From assembly GCA_016432465.1 (NCBI GenBank), contig CP066690.1, forward strand, positions 317,538 through 381,537: a stretch of DNA of 64,000 bases, written 5' to 3'. Source of the DNA: Candidatus Sungiibacteriota bacterium. Its GTDB lineage: Bacteria; Patescibacteriota; Minisyncoccia; Sungbacterales; HO2-52-23. The notes beneath the pieces are model-generated. The model ran no database searches. It saw nothing but the letters and a program-made list of their open reading frames with translations, and was not told where the DNA came from. Positions within the stretch are counted from its first letter, which is position 1. Every line of letters starts with the position of its first letter. Of this stretch, positions 58,749 through 64,000 are shown one piece after another. Made by a program: the position numbers and the translations under genes.

Positions 58749-60839
58749 TTACAATAACCGAGCTATAAGCAAAGCAACAATGTTTACTATTTTTATCATG
58801 GGATTAATGGCGGGTCCTGCTGTATCTTTATATGGGTCTCCCACCGTATCTCCGGTGACTGCGGCTTGATGCGCCGGAGATTTTTTGCCGCCGTAGTTTC
58901 CTTCTTCAATATATTTTTTGGCATTGTCCCAAGCAGCTCCGCCTGAAGTCATGGAAATCGCCACAAAAAGTCCGGTCACAATAGAACCCACCAGTAGTCC
59001 GCCAAGCGCCTGCGGCGCGTTTGACCCAAGTACTACCACAAGTAAAATCGGCACAGCCACCGGAATCAGCGCCGGTATAATCATCTGACGAATCGCAGCC
59101 TTGGTCACAATATCCACTGCTTTATCATACTGTGGCTGGCCCGTGCCTGTTCCCGACGCCCCATTTTTATCTTTTAATAAGGAAGTCGGGATCCCGACAT
59201 CCGACGTAGCGTCGGATCGTCGGGACATAATTCCTTCTTTGTCCTTTTGAATGCTCTCCCAAAGCCCCGGTATCTCTTTAAACTGCCTTCGCACCTCCTC
59301 CACCACGCCCTGCGCCGCTTTCCCAACGGCCCGCATGGCAATGGAACTAAAAAGATAAGGCATCATACCGCCGATAAAAAGACCCACAATAACATAGGGG
59401 TCGGAAAGGTTGAAAAATACCGCCTTCCCAAAATTTTTCAGCTCTTCAACAAAAGACGCAAAAAGAACCAAGGCCGCGAGTCCGGCTGATGCAATAGCAT
59501 ATCCTTTGGTAATGGCTTTGGTGGTATTTCCCACCGCATCTAAAGGATCAGTGACCTTGCGTACTTCTTCGGGCAACCCCGCCATCTCAGCAATACCTCC
59601 GGCATTATCAGTAATCGGGCCAAAAGAATCTATAGCCACGATAATTCCGGCTTGAGCCAGCATGGTCATCGCGGCCAAAGCCACACCGTAAAGTCCCGCA
59701 AAAAGAAAAGCAAAAAGCATGCCGGCAGAAATTACCAGAATCGGAAACGCGGTTGCTTCCAGAGAATAGGCAAGGCCAATAATTATATTGGTGCCATGCC
59801 CGGTGAGTGAAGCGCGGGCAATTGCCTTTACCGGACGGAATTTTTTAGAAGTGTAATACTCGGTTGCAACCACCATCAAAGCAGTAACGCCAATACCGGC
59901 CAGAGCCGCCATAAAATAAGGATTTACGAGCGACCGATCAAGTGTAATAGCAAAAGCGGGCCACAAAAGTATGACGGCCATAAGGGAAGAGCCGATAAGT
60001 CCGCGGTAAAGCCCTCCCATAATTGAGCCGCCTTCTTTAACCCGCACTAAAAAACTGCCTAAAATTGAGGCCGCGATCGCAACACCTCCAATAATAAGGG
60101 GTAAAAGCACAATACTTTGATTTCCCGGGAAAAGCAGCGAGCCCAAAAGCATAGCCGCAATCGCGGTTACGGCATAAGTTTCAAAAAGGTCCGCGGCCAT
60201 TCCCGCACAATCTCCCACGTTGTCTCCCACGTTATCTGCAATTACGGCCGGATTTCTGGGGTCGTCTTCCGGAATCCCTGCCTCAATTTTACCTACTAAG
60301 TCCGCTCCCACGTCCGCGCCTTTGGTATAAATTCCTCCGCCAAGACGCGCAAAAATAGAAATCAAAGAACCCCCAAAAGCAAGACCCACGAGCGAAGAAA
60401 TATTTTGTGTAATAGCGTAAAAAAGACTTACGGATAAAAGTCCAAGGCCCACCACTAAAAATCCAGTTACTGAACCTCCCAAGAAAGCAACCCGAAACGC
60501 CTTGGACAGGCCGGATTTGGCAGCTTCTGTGGTGCGAACATTAGTATCTACCGCAGTCATCATACCCAGATACCCGGCCAGTGTTGAGGAAACAGCGCCA
60601 ACCAAAAATCCCATTGCGGTTTCTCCTCCAAAAACTTGCCAAATAATTATGGCCAAAACCAAAGCCACAAACCCAACCGTAGTATTTTGGCGCTTGAGAT
60701 AGGCCCTAGAACCAGCTTTTATGGCTTGCCAAATTTCAATTTGTTTTCCTGTTCCAGTCGGATATTTTTTTATTAAATAAATCAGCACCAAAGCAAAGGC
60801 GATGGAAACCAAAGAAGTTATTATTGGAAATAAAATCAT
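58749..60839 (-). CDS. hppA: membrane H+-translocating pyrophosphatase, K+-independent type
   Basis: [32 protein letters not shown] (Lys marks K+-independent). Confidence 0.95.
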   Translation of the reverse strand: MILFPIITSLVSIAFALVLIYLIKKYPTGTGKQIEIWQAIKAGSRAYLKRQNTTVGFVALVLAIIIWQVFGGETAMGFLVGAVSSTLAGYLGMMTAVDTNVRTTEAAKSGLSKAFRVAFLGGSVTGFLVVGLGLLSVSLFYAITQNISSLVGLAFGGSLISIFARLGGGIYTKGADVGADLVGKIEAGIPEDDPRNPAVIADNVGDNVGDCAGMAADLFETYAVTAIAAMLLGSLLFPGNQSIVLLPLIIGGVAIAASILGSFLVRVKEGGSIMGGLYRGLIGSSLMAVILLWPAFAITLDRSLVNPYFMAALAGIGVTALMVVATEYYTSKKFRPVKAIARASLTGHGTNIIIGLAYSLEATAFPILVISAGMLFAFLFAGLYGVALAAMTMLAQAGIIVAIDSFGPITDNAGGIAEMAGLPEEVRKVTDPLDAVGNTTKAITKGYAIASAGLAALVLFASFVEELKNFGKAVFFNLSDPYVIVGLFIGGMMPYLFSSIAMRAVGKAAQGVVEEVRRQFKEIPGLWESIQKDKEGIMSRRSDATSDVGIPTSLLKDKNGASGTGTGQPQYDKAVDIVTKAAIRQMIIPALIPVAVPILLVVVLGSNAPQALGGLLVGSIVTGLFVAISMTSGGAAWDNAKKYIEEGNYGGKKSPAHQAAVTGDTVGDPYKDTAGPAINPMIKIVNIVALLIARLL

Positions 60840-60900
60840 AAACTATTTCGTCACAAAGCCTATACTGCCGACCGTCAATAAAACCCGGTGGGTAGTATAT

Positions 60901-62022
60901 TTATTCTCTGCGAACTAACTCTTCTTGATACTCTGAGTTGAAAAGTTCTATAAAGGACGAAGAATTTAAAGACTGGAGAAGGCCCAACCTTTGTAAACTA
61001 GAAATTAAATCTTGCAGGGATCCGCGGGCCATTGAAAGGTCCCCTTTGTAAAACCATTCTTTGCTGTGAATAACCCCGAAACGTCTGTAGTCTTCAATCT
61101 TATCCCTTACCGACGCGACCGAATCGAGGTCAACAATACGACAATCAAGGGTTATGTTATGACTGGTTAAGTATCCGTTGTGGAGCCCAAGGTTCCTGAT
61201 TTTAGCAACTTGCTGGCCCAGTGTCTTAACAAACCACTCGGTATACTCTTCCCAAGAAAATTTTTGAGGATCTTTCCCTAACTCCTGAGCAACTAAGGCC
61301 TTGGCATCGTCAAGGGCCATTCTCTCACGATCTTGACCACCACTCGCAAGATAATCTATACGCTCCGTTGTTCCAAAAGCCCGTACTTCGATAACCGGAT
61401 TCATTCCTTCTGGAATAATTTTAAGTCTTTTTGCTTCAAATACAGAAATTTTTTGTCCGTTTTCATCAACGATTTCCTCAAGGGATGCAATGGCAACTAT
61501 GCGATACGTTCTGATGCCTGAACGTAAAAAGTCTTCCGCATAATCCCAGTCACGAATTGCATGGGGATAATTAACCAAACCCAAGGCTTCATGCGGACCT
61601 TGTTCTATCACGCGTGCAACCTCCGCAGAGCCAGTATCAAAAGAGAGGTTAAAAACCCCTATCCCTTTAATACCTAAGTCACGATAACGTCTTCCTTGCT
61701 GATCCTCAAATACCACTGATCCGATAAGTCCGCTTCTGCCTCTGCCCGGTACCTCTTTATACCCCCTTTCCGGCATTACCGACACGTGATGTATTTTTTC
61801 TTCAGGGCTTTGGCTGGGCGTGGGTGTAAAAAAGTAAGCAAAAGGCAACGGTTTACCCTGTTCAATTTTGAAAGGAAGTGTTCCCTCAAACGCGGGATTT
61901 AGACTTATTACTTTATTCTTTACTTCAATGGCAGGCAACCTTAATTCCTTTCTTTTCTCAAGAAATTCTCCTCCGGTGCCGGTAATGGGTTTTTCAAGTT
62001 TTGGTTGTTCGGATCTCTCCAT
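60901..62022 (-). CDS. SelO/YdiU-like kinase-fold protein (divergent)
   Basis: GRGRS, LGIKGIG, GIRTYR, HNGYLTSHNITL..IVDLD. Confidence 0.5.
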   Translation of the reverse strand: MERSEQPKLEKPITGTGGEFLEKRKELRLPAIEVKNKVISLNPAFEGTLPFKIEQGKPLPFAYFFTPTPSQSPEEKIHHVSVMPERGYKEVPGRGRSGLIGSVVFEDQQGRRYRDLGIKGIGVFNLSFDTGSAEVARVIEQGPHEALGLVNYPHAIRDWDYAEDFLRSGIRTYRIVAIASLEEIVDENGQKISVFEAKRLKIIPEGMNPVIEVRAFGTTERIDYLASGGQDRERMALDDAKALVAQELGKDPQKFSWEEYTEWFVKTLGQQVAKIRNLGLHNGYLTSHNITLDCRIVDLDSVASVRDKIEDYRRFGVIHSKEWFYKGDLSMARGSLQDLISSLQRLGLLQSLNSSSFIELFNSEYQEELVRRE

Positions 62023-62041
62023 TTCAATAATGTTTCGTGCT

Positions 62042-63475
62042 TTAGGCAGCCCTTTTTTCTTCGGTTATTTCTTTCTTTGTTGTTTTCTTTGTTGTTTTCT
62101 TTTTCTTTTGTGTTTCAACCTTGCCATCCGTAGTCTTGGGTTCTTTTTTCTTTTCCTCTGATTTCGTCTCGCCCATTACCTCGGCCAGCGCTTCGCGGAC
62201 CCCTTCTGTAGAAACTGCCGGGGTTTTTTCTTCTTCGGGCGCCTCTTCAACTTGAGACTCTTCCGGTTTTTTGCTGGATCTTACATCAATTTTCCATCCG
62301 GTAAGTTTAGCCGCAAGACGCACGTTTTGTCCGCCCTTGCCAATAGCAAGAGAGAGCTGTTCGTCCGGCACAACCGCCCGCGCTTCTTTTCTTTTCTCGT
62401 TTATTTCAACATCAAGGACTTTGGCCGGAGACAAAGAGTGGGTGATAAACTCTGCCGGATCCTCGGACCATTCAATAACATCAATCTTCTCTCCCCCCAA
62501 CTCGTTTATAACCGTAGTAACCCGCACACCCCTTTGCCCCACCAGAGAACCCACAGGATCAATGCCCTCTTCATGAGATAGTACCGCAACCTTGGAGCGT
62601 GACCCCGGTTCGCGCGCCACGGATTTAATCTCCACGGTGCCCGATGCAATTTCCGGGACCTCAATCTCAAAAAGTTTTTTCAAAAGACGCGGGTGGGAAC
62701 GCGACAAAAACACCCCCGGCCCCTTAGGGTTTTTCTCAACTAAAGTAATCAGAACTTTAATACGATCTCCCACCCGGTAGCGTTCATAGGGAACCTGCTC
62801 CTCGGGTATTAAAATACCCACAGTTCTTCCAATATCTACAAAGATATTCCGCCCCTCAATCCGCTGGATCAATCCGCTTACAAGCTCCCCTTCTTTGGAT
62901 TTAAATTCATCAAAAACGGCCTCGCGTTCGGCTTCACGGATACGCTGTACAATCACCTGCTTGGCGGTTTGGGCCGCAATTCGTCCGTATTCCTCGTGAT
63001 ACTCAAGAGGAAACTCAAGTTCGTCTCCGGGTTTTATATCCTTTTTAATCTTGCGGGCCTCTTCAATCATCATGTGTTTTTCCTCATTAAAGCGTATCTT
63101 TTTAGGCTCTGTGTCTTCTGCTATTTCCGTCCCTTCCTTTTCCGCTTCAACCATTTCCTCTCTTTTCCGCTCCTCCTGGTCTCCAGCCTTGCCCTCCGCG
63201 GCTTCAACCAGCTTTCGGGCCCGCTCTTCCTCTTCAGCCTGAATCTCCTCTTCGGATTTAATCATAGTCTCATCCATCACAATCTTTATTTGCTTCATTT
63301 CTACCTTTCCGGTATCCGGGTCCATTTTGGCGCGAACAATTTGACCCCTCTGGCCATAGTCGCGCTTATAAGCCGCAGCCAAAGCCAGCTCTATGGTTTC
63401 AAGAATTTTTTCCTTGGGTATTCCTTTTTCATCGGCAATCTGCTGTATTGCCTGCGCAAATGATTTTAAGTCCAA
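62042..63475 (-). CDS. nusA: transcription termination factor NusA
   Basis: GRIAAQTAKQVI, AREPGSRSKVAV, LSLAIGKGGQNVRLAAKLTGWKID. Confidence 0.97.
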   Translation of the reverse strand: MDLKSFAQAIQQIADEKGIPKEKILETIELALAAAYKRDYGQRGQIVRAKMDPDTGKVEMKQIKIVMDETMIKSEEEIQAEEEERARKLVEAAEGKAGDQEERKREEMVEAEKEGTEIAEDTEPKKIRFNEEKHMMIEEARKIKKDIKPGDELEFPLEYHEEYGRIAAQTAKQVIVQRIREAEREAVFDEFKSKEGELVSGLIQRIEGRNIFVDIGRTVGILIPEEQVPYERYRVGDRIKVLITLVEKNPKGPGVFLSRSHPRLLKKLFEIEVPEIASGTVEIKSVAREPGSRSKVAVLSHEEGIDPVGSLVGQRGVRVTTVINELGGEKIDVIEWSEDPAEFITHSLSPAKVLDVEINEKRKEARAVVPDEQLSLAIGKGGQNVRLAAKLTGWKIDVRSSKKPEESQVEEAPEEEKTPAVSTEGVREALAEVMGETKSEEKKKEPKTTDGKVETQKKKKTTKKTTKKEITEEKRAA

Positions 63476-64000
63476 ACTTGTGGCTTGTAACTTACAGCTT
63501 GTAGCTTTAAGAGATTTTCTCCTAACGCCTACAAGCTAATTCCTACAAGCTAGTAAAATGGGCCCGTTTCCACGGACCACCATCCAACATCTATCCATAA
63601 ATCTAGTATACCTCCCAGTAAAACCAATGTCAATAAGAAAAAGCCGGTTGCCCGGCTTTGTTCATCTATTTCCAAAAGGAACCAGTTTGTAGTCGGCGCG
63701 GCTTCTTAACCATTCTTCAATGTCCTGTCTATCCCTACGGAGCCATTTGATTTTTGATCTGATGGATTCAAGAACTTGACGCTTGGTCCTGTCCAGCCCC
63801 ATCCGACGTTCTTTCCGGAAAAAGGCCGCAACGTCCCTTAGCTCTTCCTCCGAAGAAAACCCAGCGGCAAACTCCACCATCATAGAAAGAAGTCCTAAAC
63901 CGGATCCTTCATAACGCCCCAGAAGTTTTTTCCAATTTCTTTTGACGAAGTCCCAAGCCGCACTTCTACCTACCGAGTGGGAGCCGATACCGGCAATAAG

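Overview
This 64-kb window looks like chromosome from a Patescibacteria/CPR (Parcubacteria-like) bacterium. That assignment is inferred from gene content: VirB2-like pilin cluster, WAWSENIGWISF-repeat surface proteins, H+-PPase, and many orphan single-gene units. Core genes include rpsA, gyrA (with a 391-aa HNH intein), rpmG, guaB, lon, rplJ-rplL, HU, rny, gpmI, clpP, tig, hppA and nusA, plus six intact tRNAs. The most striking signal is a recurring 'break-and-replace' architecture. An intact tRNA-Thr(GGT) and an intact tRNA-Trp(CCA) each sit inside the anticodon region of an older, broken tRNA. Each is bracketed by related CCCGCCCTTT...AAAGGGCGGG inverted-repeat arms. rpmG, tRNA-Val(CAC) and the clpP 3' end are likewise present as one intact, sequence-diverged copy plus a broken relic next to an inverted-repeat element. 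The window also holds several families of small palindromic elements (two inserted in-frame in tig and hppA), candidate structured RNAs, a shared C-terminal PFxKEVxPE motif on surface proteins, an Lnt-lipoprotein cassette, a PRTase-MltG fusion, and translin-, serpin-, SelO- and QueF-like orphans. All calls come from visual reading; no searches were run.
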